This document shows, piece by piece, positions 41,983 to 51,910 of a stretch of DNA of 60,944 bases. Made by a program: the position numbers and the translations under genes. Every line of letters begins with the position of its first letter. Positions within the stretch are counted from its first letter, which is position 1. The stretch is from a virus (Duplodnaviria > Caudoviricetes). Below the pieces are notes generated by a model, which ran no database searches, was not told the origin of the DNA, and worked only from the letters and a program-made list of their open reading frames with translations. The DNA lies in the IMG/VR virus record IMGVR_UViG_3300044699_000154, positions 1-60,944 of that record, one strand, 5' to 3'.

Positions 41983-43020
41983 TCACGGCGCGGCTCCGGC
42001 GAACGCATGCTTGTCGGCTTGCATGCGGCGTTCGTCGATCTCGTCGGCACGGCAGCCGCCGCACGTCTGGCCGCTGAAGATTTCGGTGTGGTGTGTGGGG
42101 CATCTGGCCGGCTTCGGGGTGGTGCGTCGCGGCCGGTCGGGGTCGTCGAGTCGGTCCTGTTCTCGGCCCGTTCGCGCCGCCGTGGCCGCGGCGTCGGCTT
42201 CTCGTCGCCAGCGTTCGCAGCAGGGGAGCTCGCACGCCCCGGGTCCGGCCGGAAGCTCGCCGAGGCGGTAGGCGAGCAAGCCGGAGGGCCGTTTGAGGTC
42301 GGGTGGCGGGTCGTCGGCGAGGTGGCGGACGAGGGCGTCGGCGGGCCAGGTGGCGCGTTCGGCTCGGGTGGCGGCGAGGGCGGCTGTGAGGTGGCGGGTG
42401 GCGGGGACGGGTCGTCGCCACGCTTCGGCGACGGCGGCGAGGAGGGCGGTCGCGTCGGCGTCGGGTGCGCTCACCGGCGCCGCCGGCTGTGGGGTGGTTT
42501 CGCCGAGATGGGGATCTTCACCACCACCACCGCCTTGATCCGCGATCAGGGGGGATAGGGGGGTGGTGGTTTTTAATTCCGTTGGGTCCGCAGTAGAAAG
42601 CGGGGCGGGTCCAGACCCGCTACTGACCAGCCCTCGATCTTGCTCGTCGAAGAGATCGAGTTCCGGGTCTTCCTCTGTCAGTAGCGGGTCTGGACCCGCC
42701 CTTGACTCGAAGTCGGCCGGCTCGCCCCGCGTGTCGGCCTGGTCGCCGGGGACGGCCAGCCCGTACCGGGTCGCGCCGAGGAACCGCCGGCCCTTCTCGA
42801 TGATCACGATCAAGCCGGATTCGATCACGGCGCGGATCCGCTCGCGGACCGCCGTCGGGTCCTTCATCCCTAGCCGACGCATGAGCTGTTTCTGCGAGAA
42901 GGTGCCGCAACCGGTGGCGAAGTCGACGAAACTGGCCATGGCGTTGGCCGTCTGCTTGACGATCGCCGGCTCGGGGGACGGGTCGAGGACTTCGCGGAGC
43001 CACGTCGTGTACCTGCTCAC
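41983..43020 (-). CDS. Replication initiator-like protein (winged HTH N-terminus, C-terminal Cys/His motif)
   Basis: FSQKQLMRRLGMKDPTAVRERIRAVIESGLI; low-complexity linker containing inverted repeats; CPTH...CGGCRAD. Confidence 0.7.
   Translation of the reverse strand: MSRYTTWLREVLDPSPEPAIVKQTANAMASFVDFATGCGTFSQKQLMRRLGMKDPTAVRERIRAVIESGLIVIIEKGRRFLGATRYGLAVPGDQADTRGEPADFESRAGPDPLLTEEDPELDLFDEQDRGLVSSGSGPAPLSTADPTELKTTTPLSPLIADQGGGGGEDPHLGETTPQPAAPVSAPDADATALLAAVAEAWRRPVPATRHLTAALAATRAERATWPADALVRHLADDPPPDLKRPSGLLAYRLGELPAGPGACELPCCERWRREADAAATAARTGREQDRLDDPDRPRRTTPKPARCPTHHTEIFSGQTCGGCRADEIDERRMQADKHAFAGAAP
42603..42701. repeat. Perfect 25-bp inverted repeat (candidate replication origin)
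   Basis: GGGCGGGTCCAGACCCGCTACTGAC (42603-42627) and its reverse complement (42677-42701). Confidence 0.85.
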
Positions 43021-43843
43021 GGCTACGCCTCACCTTCGGTGCCGCATCCTGCGAGCTGGCGCAGCCGCTCGCGGCGCGCGGGGATGTCCGCTCCGGCGTC
43101 GCGGACGGCACGGATCACGTCGTCGGCGGTGTACCCGGCATCGATCGCCGTGGCGATGTCATAGGCCCAGTCGAAGGGTGCCCGGAGGGCTTGCATGACG
43201 CGCCATTCCGGCATCGACTTCGCGTAGTCGATCGTGGTGTGGGGGATGAGGAACCAGTCGCCGGAGTCGCAGTCGTGCACCGCCATGGCGTACCTGGCCG
43301 TGTTGATCGTGTGGGTTGCGCCGCAGTCGGGGCAGGGTGCGGTTCTCGTGCGGCGGGTCGGCGTGGTGCCGGGCTTGCGTGTCTGTGGCTTGCGTCGGCG
43401 GCTCATCGCGCACCTCCGGCCGTGGGCCGCCGTGCCAGTGCCCGCAGCGTCTCGGCCTGGCGTGTGGCCCGGTACGCCAAGCGCTGGTGCAGGAATGCGA
43501 TGCACTCGTACCGGTCGGGGTCGTTCTCGTCGGGGAACATCTGCTCGATCATTCGGAACGCGTCGATCACGGTGATCACACGTCACCGCCGCTCGTCCCA
43601 GCGGTGCTGGTGGCGACTTCGACCCCGCCTACCTCGGCGAGCGCGACGGCGGCGATCGCCGCATCGACACCGCCGCCGTTGGCGATGAACGCGAGTGCGG
43701 CGGCGAGCTGAGACCGCTGCCCGCGCAGCCAGCGGATCTCGTCGGCTAGATCTTGGGCGAGTTCGGGGATCTCGTCGAGGTCCCAGTTGACCGCGTCGAG
43801 GTCGAAGTCCTCGGGGTGGACGTACGTCGGGGTCTCGGGGGGC

Positions 43844-43872
43844 GCGCTCATGCCGCACCGCCGGTGGTGGCG
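43844..43872. repeat. Direct repeat C, copy 1 (29 bp exact; copy 2 at 44979-45007)
   Basis: GCGCTCATGCCGCACCGCCGGTGGTGGCG at both sites. Confidence 0.95.
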
Positions 43873-44255
43873 ACCTGGGCGGCGAGGGCCGGACACGTGG
43901 GCATGTGCCGGCCGATGTACACCGCGCCCGGCGCCTGCCACGTGTAGCACTGCCCGCAGTGCCACCACGGTCCCTCGACGGGGGCGTTGTCCGGGCCGGC
44001 GTCCTCGGCGTAGATCTCGCGCCAGTCCCACTCGTCGGGGTCTTCGACGCGCATGGCCGTGTCGATCGGCTGGTCGTGGTCGCCGAGCAGTTCGTGTGCG
44101 AAGCCGCCGCGTCGGATGTGGTCGAGGGTGTAGTCGTCTTCGACCCAGGCGACGTATCGGCTGGTCACCTCGATGATGACGGGGCGTTCCGTGTGGGGCT
44201 GTTCTAGATCGCCGATGTTCGGAGTCGAACGTCCGTTCCCGCCATGCGTGCTCAT
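43848..44255 (-). CDS. Hypothetical protein with Cys/His motif
   Basis: Coupled ATGA junctions; HCGQC...HMPTC. Confidence 0.65.
   Translation of the reverse strand: MSTHGGNGRSTPNIGDLEQPHTERPVIIEVTSRYVAWVEDDYTLDHIRRGGFAHELLGDHDQPIDTAMRVEDPDEWDWREIYAEDAGPDNAPVEGPWWHCGQCYTWQAPGAVYIGRHMPTCPALAAQVATTGGAA
44225..44243. repeat. Direct repeat D, copy 1 (19 bp exact; copy 2 at 44929-44947)
   Basis: TCGAACGTCCGTTCCCGCC at both sites. Confidence 0.9.
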
Positions 44256-44986
44256 GCCGCGCCGCCCATCGCGCGGACGGTCGCCGCTGCCATCAGGTGC
44301 TCGCCGAGGAACGCGGTGTACGCCGGCGGTATGGCCTGCGACAGCTCAGCCGAGTTCATCCAGCCGATCCCCATCGCCTCGCTTCCGGCGGCGAGGCGGA
44401 ACCGGTACCCGCGGGCGTACTGCCCTCCTCCGCCGGTGCCGTAGTAGCCGCCGACGGGACGACCCGCACAGCCGTCCGGCGGGGTGAGGACCAGGCCGAC
44501 ACCGCTCGTCTCGAACAGCCGGTGGCGACGCAGGATCCGTCCCTCGGCGCCGAGACCGAACATCGAACCGCAGAGGATCACGTGCTGTTCGACGGGCGCC
44601 CCGGGTACGTTCTCCATCGCCCACGGCAGGCCGGCCGCCTCGAGTCCGGCGCGGGTGGCCGGGATGAGGTCGGCGTACGCCTTCCCTGTGACGACTCGCA
44701 GCGCGGTGTGTGCCTGGCACGGGGGGCTGGCGTGGATCGCGTCGAATCCGGCGACGAACGACCGGTCGGCGAGTACCTCGATCGCGTCCGCCTGGATGAA
44801 CGGGAAGATGGCCGGGTAGTTGGGCTGCGGGGCCAGGTCCACTCCGGTGACGTCGAACCCGGCGGCGTGGTAGCCCATCGAGCAGCCACCGGCACCGCAG
44901 AATAGATCAAGTATCTTCGGCCTGATTCTCGAACGTCCGTTCCCGCCGGTGACGGTTCCGGACGCGCCCTGCTTTTGGGCGCTCAT
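44252..44986 (-). CDS. Orphan C5-cytosine DNA methyltransferase-like protein (short form)
   Basis: ILDLFCGAGG (motif I), ASPPCQ (motif IV), ENVP (motif VI), RHRLFE. Confidence 0.9.
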   Translation of the reverse strand: MSAQKQGASGTVTGGNGRSRIRPKILDLFCGAGGCSMGYHAAGFDVTGVDLAPQPNYPAIFPFIQADAIEVLADRSFVAGFDAIHASPPCQAHTALRVVTGKAYADLIPATRAGLEAAGLPWAMENVPGAPVEQHVILCGSMFGLGAEGRILRRHRLFETSGVGLVLTPPDGCAGRPVGGYYGTGGGGQYARGYRFRLAAGSEAMGIGWMNSAELSQAIPPAYTAFLGEHLMAAATVRAMGGAA

Positions 44987-45651
44987 GCCGCACCGCCGGT
45001 GGTGGCGGCGGTCGCGTGGGTGGCGTCATCGGGCAACTGCTCGGCGTTGTCCGGCAACCTGCCCAGGAACTCGGCCGGGATCTCACCCTGGAACCACAGG
45101 TTCGTCGTATGGATCACCCGGCCGTCTGCCAGGAGCCGGAACGCCCATCGGGCGCCGCCGAAGCCGCGCATGCCGGCGTACTGCTCGGCGCCGACGACGT
45201 AGTGCCAACCGCCTCGGCGGATCACCCGCCGACCGTCTTCGGTGCGGTCGCCGTTCTCGGCCCAGCGGACCTTCTCTTCCCAGAACCGCCAAGTGCCCCT
45301 GATGTCGTCGCGGATCTTCTGGGCGCACTCTTCTCGGGTGGCCGCCCACCAACCGTCGAAACCTCCGCCGCCGGCCAGGTTGGTTGCGTGCAGCATCTTC
45401 CACTGCGCTTCGGGCCGGTCGTCGCCGGTGGGCCAGACGGCGTTGTACCCGACGATGCTCTTGCCGCCGAGCTTTTGCGCTTCACCGTAGGTGATCTCGC
45501 CGTCATGGATGACGATGTCGAGGTCGTGGAAGCAGATGCTCGAACTCGTGTTCGCTTCCGGCTTCACGTCACCGTGCGCATCATCGGCTGTACTGGTAAC
45601 AGTGCCGGACTCCTGTGGCCCGATCTTTTCCGGGCATGGTTCAATAGCCAT
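44983..45651 (-). CDS. Conserved phage hypothetical protein
   Basis: GMRGFGGARWAFRLLADGRVIHTTNLWFQGEIPAEF...LPDNA; AAGGGA RBS. Confidence 0.7.
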   Translation of the reverse strand: MAIEPCPEKIGPQESGTVTSTADDAHGDVKPEANTSSSICFHDLDIVIHDGEITYGEAQKLGGKSIVGYNAVWPTGDDRPEAQWKMLHATNLAGGGGFDGWWAATREECAQKIRDDIRGTWRFWEEKVRWAENGDRTEDGRRVIRRGGWHYVVGAEQYAGMRGFGGARWAFRLLADGRVIHTTNLWFQGEIPAEFLGRLPDNAEQLPDDATHATAATTGGAA

Positions 45652-45969
45652 TCGGCATTCCCTTCTGGTCGTTGCAGAGGGTGTGCAAGTGCCGTCTCCG
45701 TTGGCGCGGAGGCGGGGCGACGGATGCCGCAGGGCAGAACCGGGCGGGGAGCTTGAGACCGACCCATCCGGATGCCCTGCGGCATCACCCACTCTACCCC
45801 GTTCGGGCCATTGTGCGCGCCCACACAACGCCCCGCCCGAACTAGCCCGGGAAACGCTCGCCACTGCGCACCACCCCTTCACGGAAGCCTTGTGGAAACG
45901 GGCACGCCAAACCCGCGCCACGACCCCGGGCAAACGGCGGGCGCGACACGGGGAAACGAGGGGGAAAGG

Positions 45970-46719
45970 TCAGTCGGCGTCCAACAGCACCCCCTGACTC
46001 AACCGGCGCGCGGCGGATTCCAGTTGCGCCTCGTCCGCCTCGATCCCCACGGCACGGCGATCGAGCAGCTTTGCCGCCACGAGCGTGCTCCCACTGCCCG
46101 CGAAAGGGTCGACCACCAGCCCGCCGGGAGGGCAGGAATAGGCGATCAGAGGGGACAGTAGAGGTATCGGCTTGGCCGTCGGGTTCGATTCGCGGCCGTG
46201 CAGGTTCGCGGCGTAGATGATTGACGTCATCAACCGCGTGCCGTCATCAACCCACGGCATCGTCGACTGGTAGTCGGCGACAACGCCTTTATCTGGCTCC
46301 GGAGGTCGCCTCCGGCTGTTCGTCTTGACGTTGGATACCACCCGTTGTGGGTCTTTGTAGACATCCGGCCAGCTCCCGCGGAACCACAGAGCCACCTGCT
46401 CATGGGCCCGGCGGAAACGATCCGCCGCCCGGCCCACCGCCGTGTTCTTCGCCCACACGACGTCCTGGCTCAACCGCCAGCCGGCGAACTCGTCGCGGTA
46501 GCGCAGGAACATGCGCAGCGAGCCACAGCACCACATGGCGTCCGCGACCTCGGCGACGACCGCCGGCCAGCCGTCCGGCCACCGGTCCCACTTGAGGGAG
46601 GTCTCGCCGTAGGGAGGATCCGCGACGACGAGGTCGGCGCGCAGGCCCAGCGCGGGCAGGACCTCGCGGCAGTCTCCGAGAAAGAGCTGCACCTGACCGT
46701 CGGCGAAGTAGGGGGTCAC
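45970..46719 (-). CDS. Orphan N6-adenine/N4-cytosine DNA methyltransferase (beta class)
   Basis: LFLGDCREVL, ADPPY, PTAKP, VVDPFAGSGSTLVAA. Confidence 0.92.
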   Translation of the reverse strand: MTPYFADGQVQLFLGDCREVLPALGLRADLVVADPPYGETSLKWDRWPDGWPAVVAEVADAMWCCGSLRMFLRYRDEFAGWRLSQDVVWAKNTAVGRAADRFRRAHEQVALWFRGSWPDVYKDPQRVVSNVKTNSRRRPPEPDKGVVADYQSTMPWVDDGTRLMTSIIYAANLHGRESNPTAKPIPLLSPLIAYSCPPGGLVVDPFAGSGSTLVAAKLLDRRAVGIEADEAQLESAARRLSQGVLLDAD

Positions 46720-47758
46720 GAGGCCTCGCCACCCTCGGCGGCGGGTAGCGCGTACGGGGGGCCGAGCAGCGACTCGATCCGCCGCGGACCATGCCGGCCG
46801 CACTCGTAAACCCCGCCGGGCAGGTAGCGGTAACCGGCTTCCGCGCCACCCCAGCAAAGGACTTCCACCCGCCACCTGTCGACGGCGACCCGTTCGAGAG
46901 CACGGCCGGAATACCGGTGGCCGTCCATCGTGACGGAAAGCAGCGTCCCGACGGTGACCCAGGAGAGCTCGCGGCCGGTGATGGTCACGAGGCGCCCCCG
47001 CCCCGGTAGTTCGTCATCCGCACGAACCACCCCGGCGGCGTCGGCCGCCCCGCCGGGACGGACGGCGTCGTGTGCGCCGTCACCGTGCAGGAGAACACCG
47101 GCCCGTTCGGCGGCAAAGGAACCGGCGGCGCCTCGGCGTCCGCTGGCCCGACCGGCTTTCCACACCACACGCACCAACCCGGGTCCGTGACGTTGTCCAG
47201 GCAGCCGCTCCCGAGGTGCGTGCCGAAAAGGGCGAGGTCGTTGGCCCGCGTCACGAGCGGCCACCCTCGTCGGCGCCCGGCCGGGCCAGCTCGTCCCGCC
47301 CGGCTTGCGTGATCCCCCGGCGCTCCGCCGGTCCGCCGACGAGCCCGCGGTCGACGAGGCACGCATCGGCCGTGAACAGCTCGCGTCCACGTCGACCCCA
47401 CCGGCGGACGGCCGTGCGCCACAGGTCGTCGTCGCCGGAGCCGCCCCGGAGCGGGTACGGCTCGATCGCCTCGACGACGGCGGCGATCGCCGCCGGACCG
47501 TCGGCGTCGAGGCGACGCAGGATCGCCCGCTCGTCGGGGGTCGTCACGGGGTCTCACCGGCCCGAACCGCACGCGTACGACGCGGACGCTCGCCCGGCGG
47601 GGACGCCCACACCGCCTCGCCGCGCGCGGACCACAGGATCCGCCGGTAGCCCGGCCACGGCGGACGCCCCACCGGAGGGCGCTCCCCCTCCTCCGGGGCG
47701 TACTCCCCCAGCACGGTCAGACCGCCCGGCGGGCGGGGCTTCAACTCGACGTAGGCGC

Positions 47759-47971
47759 TCACGGGTCGCCGCCGTCCTCAGTCGCACAACGGCGGCGCAG
47801 GGCCTCAACGTCGGCCCGCCGGTAGCGGCGGTGCCCGCCGGGGGTGCGGAACGCCGTCGGCAGCGTCCCCGTCTCCGCCCACTGGGTGATCGTCTTCGGG
47901 TGGACGCCGAACACCTCGGCCACCTCGCCTCGCGCGAGCAGGGGTTCCACGTCGATCTTTTGCCTGGCCAC
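47759..47971 (-). CDS. BldC-like MerR-type HTH protein
   Basis: EPLLARGEVAEVFGVHPKTITQWAETGTL...RTPGGHRRYRRADVEAL closely resembles Streptomyces BldC; GGAGGAG RBS. Confidence 0.85.
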   Translation of the reverse strand: MARQKIDVEPLLARGEVAEVFGVHPKTITQWAETGTLPTAFRTPGGHRRYRRADVEALRRRCATEDGGDP

Positions 47972-48874
47972 CCCTCCTCCTCTCTACGTGTGCCCCCGAC
48001 CCGCGGGCGGGAGGTCCCGCGGGCCGGGGGCCGTCCCCGCCCGGCGGGGGTCCGGGCGGGGTGCCCCGGTGGGGGGTCCGGGGCGGTCGAGGGCGCCTAG
48101 GGCAGCCGTCCGGTGGACGGCTCGTGAATCCGGCTGGTGTCGACTTGGAGTCGGCCGCCGGTCCCGGCGTCCGGGGGTCCGTAGTCTCCGTAGCCGGTCA
48201 TCCGGGCGGGACCCGGCTCCAGCGGATCCGACGGCACGGCGCCGAGCCGCCAGACCAGCGCGGCGCCCAGGAGGGTGAGGGCCAGGGTGAGGGCCAGGCC
48301 CGGGACGGTCCGGGTGAGCCATAGCACCGTCGTCCACAGGCCGTGGGCGACGGCGTACATCAGCGTCCACAGCCGCAACAGGAAGGCGACCAGGTAGACG
48401 AGGACGGCCGTCGCGGCGGCCGTCCAGTCCACCCGCGGGCGTGCGGCGCGGTGCGACGTGGCTGTGGGCGCGGTGGTGGCCATCAGGAGACCACATCCGG
48501 CCCGCGGCGGAGCACCAGATGCTCCGGGGGGATGTGACTCCAGTCCACCCACCCGAAGGTCTCCAGCAGGCCCGGGGTGACCTCCACCCAGTCGTCCGAG
48601 CCGTCGTCGGCGGCGGCGCGGACCCACACCGGGGCGCGTCCCGCCGCGCCGCTGACGAGGACGGTCCCGACCGGGTACGGCGGGCCGGGATCCGGCGCCA
48701 TCAGCGCGGCGATCGCCCGCGCCGCGCCGGGCCGCAGGGTGACGCCGCACTCGGCGGCGAACCGCTCGACGACGGCGGGGGTCACCCCGCCCGGCGCGGG
48801 TGGGGTTCCCTCCGCCGTCGGCGCCGTCCTCGGCCCGTCCCGCGCGCCCACGCCACTGCCTCCCCATCCGCCCA

Positions 48875-49453
48875 TCACTGCCTCTCTCCCGGGCTCGCGC
48901 CCGTCTCGCGGAACACCTTCACCCGGGCCGGGCGGGGCTCGATCTTGAGCAGGTCTTCGTACTCGACGGCCTGCCCGTTCAGTTCGGTCGTGCGGTAGCC
49001 GCTGACGCTGGCGAACCGCAGGAACCGGCGGAGGATGGCCTCCACCTCCCGCCCGGAGACGTGCCCCATGTCCAGCTCGCCGGTTTCGGGGTCGGCGCGG
49101 AGCAGGGGCGCGAGCCGTCCGGCCGTACGCGTCACATCCCAGATCCGCCGGGGGGAAGACCCCCGTTCGGCCCGGAGGCCCAGCGCCTCCCATGCGGCGC
49201 GGTTGCGGCTCCATCCGCGGGCGTCGCGGGCACGCCTCTCGACCTGCTCGCGGACGTCGGCGACGGCGCCGGCGACGGCGTCGAGGTCGACGAGCAGTCC
49301 GGCGAGGTCGGCGAGCGGCACGCCCTCGGCGGGCAGCCCGGCGACGGCCTTCTCGGCGGCGGCGACGGTCGCGGCCAACGTCTCCAGCACCATCCGCAGG
49401 TGGGCGACGCCGATCTGGTCGGCGATGGGGACGTCGGCGTCAGGGATCGACAT
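48875..49453 (-). CDS. Hypothetical protein
   Basis: Protein-like ORF within the early operon. Confidence 0.55.
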   Translation of the reverse strand: MSIPDADVPIADQIGVAHLRMVLETLAATVAAAEKAVAGLPAEGVPLADLAGLLVDLDAVAGAVADVREQVERRARDARGWSRNRAAWEALGLRAERGSSPRRIWDVTRTAGRLAPLLRADPETGELDMGHVSGREVEAILRRFLRFASVSGYRTTELNGQAVEYEDLLKIEPRPARVKVFRETGASPGERQ

Positions 49454-49669
49454 CCCAGCCCTCCTCGTCGTTCTCGTCGTCGATCTCGGTGACGGTGATC
49501 GAGAATCGGGCGACCTGCATGTCGTCGTCGTCGACCACGTAGATCTCGCCGCTGCCGTGGAGGAATCCGCCGAGTTCGAGTTGGTGGCCGTCGAGGTCGA
49601 CGGGGAGCAGTCCGTTCTCGCATGCGCCGTTGATCGCCTTGAGGACGTCGTCGGGGGTGAAGTCGCCCA

Positions 49670-51322
49670 TCACGCCACCTCCGCCGGGTCGGCCCACGGG
49701 CTGCCGGCGCTCCCGGGCGGGTCGGCCCGGTCCGGCATCGGCTGGCCGGCGTCCGCGGGGGCGACCTGCCCGGTGAGCATGTCCGTGCCGATCGGGGCGT
49801 TCTCGCACTCGTAGATCACCTTGAGTGCTTCGGCGAGACTCAGGTGTTTTGTCGTCTCGACGACCTCGGCGTGCCCGAGGATGCGAGACGCCGCGCACCT
49901 GTGGTCGTCACCGGATTTGACCTTGCGGTCCGACAGGCGGATGTGCATCGTGCGCAGCGTGTCCGGGTCGACGAGGTTCGCGAGCAGGGCGCGGCGGTTG
50001 GTGATCCGGTTGTAGAGGGTGTCCGCGTCGAACGGCGCGCATTCGCCCGCCTTCCTGGCCTCGCTGACGATCGCCCACAGGCCGCGGAGGAGGTCGTCGT
50101 CGATGGCCGCGTCGATCTGGCTGCGTGTGACCGCGAGCCAGTCGAGCTGGGCCTGGCTGTGCCGTGGCGGACGCCCGTCGGTCGGCTGGGGCGCGTGGCC
50201 GTCGCCGTTCGGGTGGTGGCCGTTCTGCCCGTTCCCGTTGGCGGCGGTCGCCTGAAGCTCCCGGCCGAGCCTGTTGACCAGGGCGTCGAGGGTGACCTCG
50301 TCGCCGTGGTCGTCGATGACGACCGCTCCGATCAACCCGGCTTGCCGTACCTCCGCGTACAGGGCGCCGAGGCTGTCGTGTGTATGGCCACGCTCTAGGG
50401 CGCGGTCCCTGAACACCTCCGCCCGCGGGTCCGCGCCGCGCTCCTCGGGGGTGAGCTCGCCTGCCGTCACGGCGTGGACGTCCCGGACGTGGCGGGTCGC
50501 GGGGTCACACCCCAACGCGGTGAAGATCAGCCATTCGAGGAGGTTCCCGTCCGGCCCGACGGCTTCGGATGCGGCGATCGGCTGGGGCTCGTCCTTGCCC
50601 GGCTGCACCCCGTTGACCGCCGACCGTGCCGCCACCACCTCCGGCGGCGCGGTGCGCTTCATCCGGATGGTGACCGTCGCGTCTCCGACGATGTCCTTCT
50701 CGGCCTGGACGGAGTAGGTCTTCTTTCCCTCGATCGGCTGGCCGTCCGGTCCCGTGGCGGACACCTCCCGGCCGTTCGCGGTGGCCACGACGATCCCGGG
50801 AAACGTTTTCAGCGCCTCGATGATTTTCTGATAACGCTTATCCGTCGCATTCCACAGGTGTCGGGGGACGGTGACGTCGGCATTCGGGTCCCTGGCCAAT
50901 TTCCTCTGGTTCGCCTGCGACTGCTTGGCCCGTTCCGTCGTCCAGTCTTTAAATGAATTCCAGAGAGCCGTTATCGTGTCGATGACGAGCGTCACGGGCG
51001 GTTCGCCGGCTCTCCGTGCACGGGCGGCTTCGGCTTTGACGGCCAGGATCTGATCCAGGATGTCGGCGTGGGTCCACTCGTCGCCTGCCGGGATGAGGAT
51101 CTCGAAGTCGGCGCCGGGGATGCGGCCGTATTCGTCGCCGATCCCGTCGATGAGGTCGAGTAGGAACGTCCGCCCGACCCGCGGGCTCGCGGAGAGGCGG
51201 AGGGAGGTCCACGTGCGACCGCTCTTCGCCTCCCCTTCGACGAGGATGAACGGCAGGGGGACCTCCCCGGTGGGACGGCGGGACCGGATCGTGGGGACCT
51301 TGGCGGCTGTGACGTCGCTCAC
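49670..51322 (-). CDS. AAA/RecA-fold ATPase (Sak4-like recombination protein) with C-terminal extension
   Basis: ILVEGEAKSGRT Walker A variant, LVIDTITALW Walker B; early-region position. Confidence 0.75.
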   Translation of the reverse strand: MSDVTAAKVPTIRSRRPTGEVPLPFILVEGEAKSGRTWTSLRLSASPRVGRTFLLDLIDGIGDEYGRIPGADFEILIPAGDEWTHADILDQILAVKAEAARARRAGEPPVTLVIDTITALWNSFKDWTTERAKQSQANQRKLARDPNADVTVPRHLWNATDKRYQKIIEALKTFPGIVVATANGREVSATGPDGQPIEGKKTYSVQAEKDIVGDATVTIRMKRTAPPEVVAARSAVNGVQPGKDEPQPIAASEAVGPDGNLLEWLIFTALGCDPATRHVRDVHAVTAGELTPEERGADPRAEVFRDRALERGHTHDSLGALYAEVRQAGLIGAVVIDDHGDEVTLDALVNRLGRELQATAANGNGQNGHHPNGDGHAPQPTDGRPPRHSQAQLDWLAVTRSQIDAAIDDDLLRGLWAIVSEARKAGECAPFDADTLYNRITNRRALLANLVDPDTLRTMHIRLSDRKVKSGDDHRCAASRILGHAEVVETTKHLSLAEALKVIYECENAPIGTDMLTGQVAPADAGQPMPDRADPPGSAGSPWADPAEVA

Positions 51323-51910
51323 GCCGCCACCGCCTCTCGGGTGGCAGGTGTGGCTGCACGCCGCCGGGCGGTCGTCCCGCCGCAGAGCTCGGCACAGGCG
51401 GCGTCGGCCGCCCGAGCCCGACGGACGGCACCGGCGGCGACGTCGCCGTAGCCGCCTTGCAGTGCGGCCACGATGCGCTCGACCTCGTCGGCGACGAAGA
51501 TCGCCATTCTTGCGCGGACGGCGTTCCGTTCCGCCGGGGTGCCGGCGGGCAGCCCGGCGATGCATGCGCGCGCCTGGGCGAGCTCCTGCGCGGTGGGCTC
51601 GAAGTCGGCGGGGCTCACCGGGCACCCGCCGGGACTCCGGCCGTGCGGGCGTCGGACGCCTCCACGAGGCCGAGCGCGGTCACCCGCGCCTGCACCTCGC
51701 GTGTCCCGCGCACCTGTCCGGCGGTGCGGCGGGCGTCGTGGACGGCGACGCCGAGGCTCAGGAGCCGGCCGTAGATGGCGTCCGGATCGATCCCGGGGAC
51801 GATCCCGAGGCCGATCGCGATGGCGGCGGGCCGGCGGACGAGCCCGCCGTGGACCATGGCGGCGAGTTCGAGGAGGGCGTCCGCGCGGACCCCCGCCGCG
51901 GTGCGGCGGG

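Noticed and set aside
45840-45960. Cobalamin or c-di-GMP riboswitch
   Set aside because: Only isolated words (GCCACTG, GGAAAC, GCAAAC) match; conserved core order and pairing are missing.
44252-46719. Restriction-modification system
   Set aside because: No adjacent endonuclease; the only HNH lies in the packaging module.
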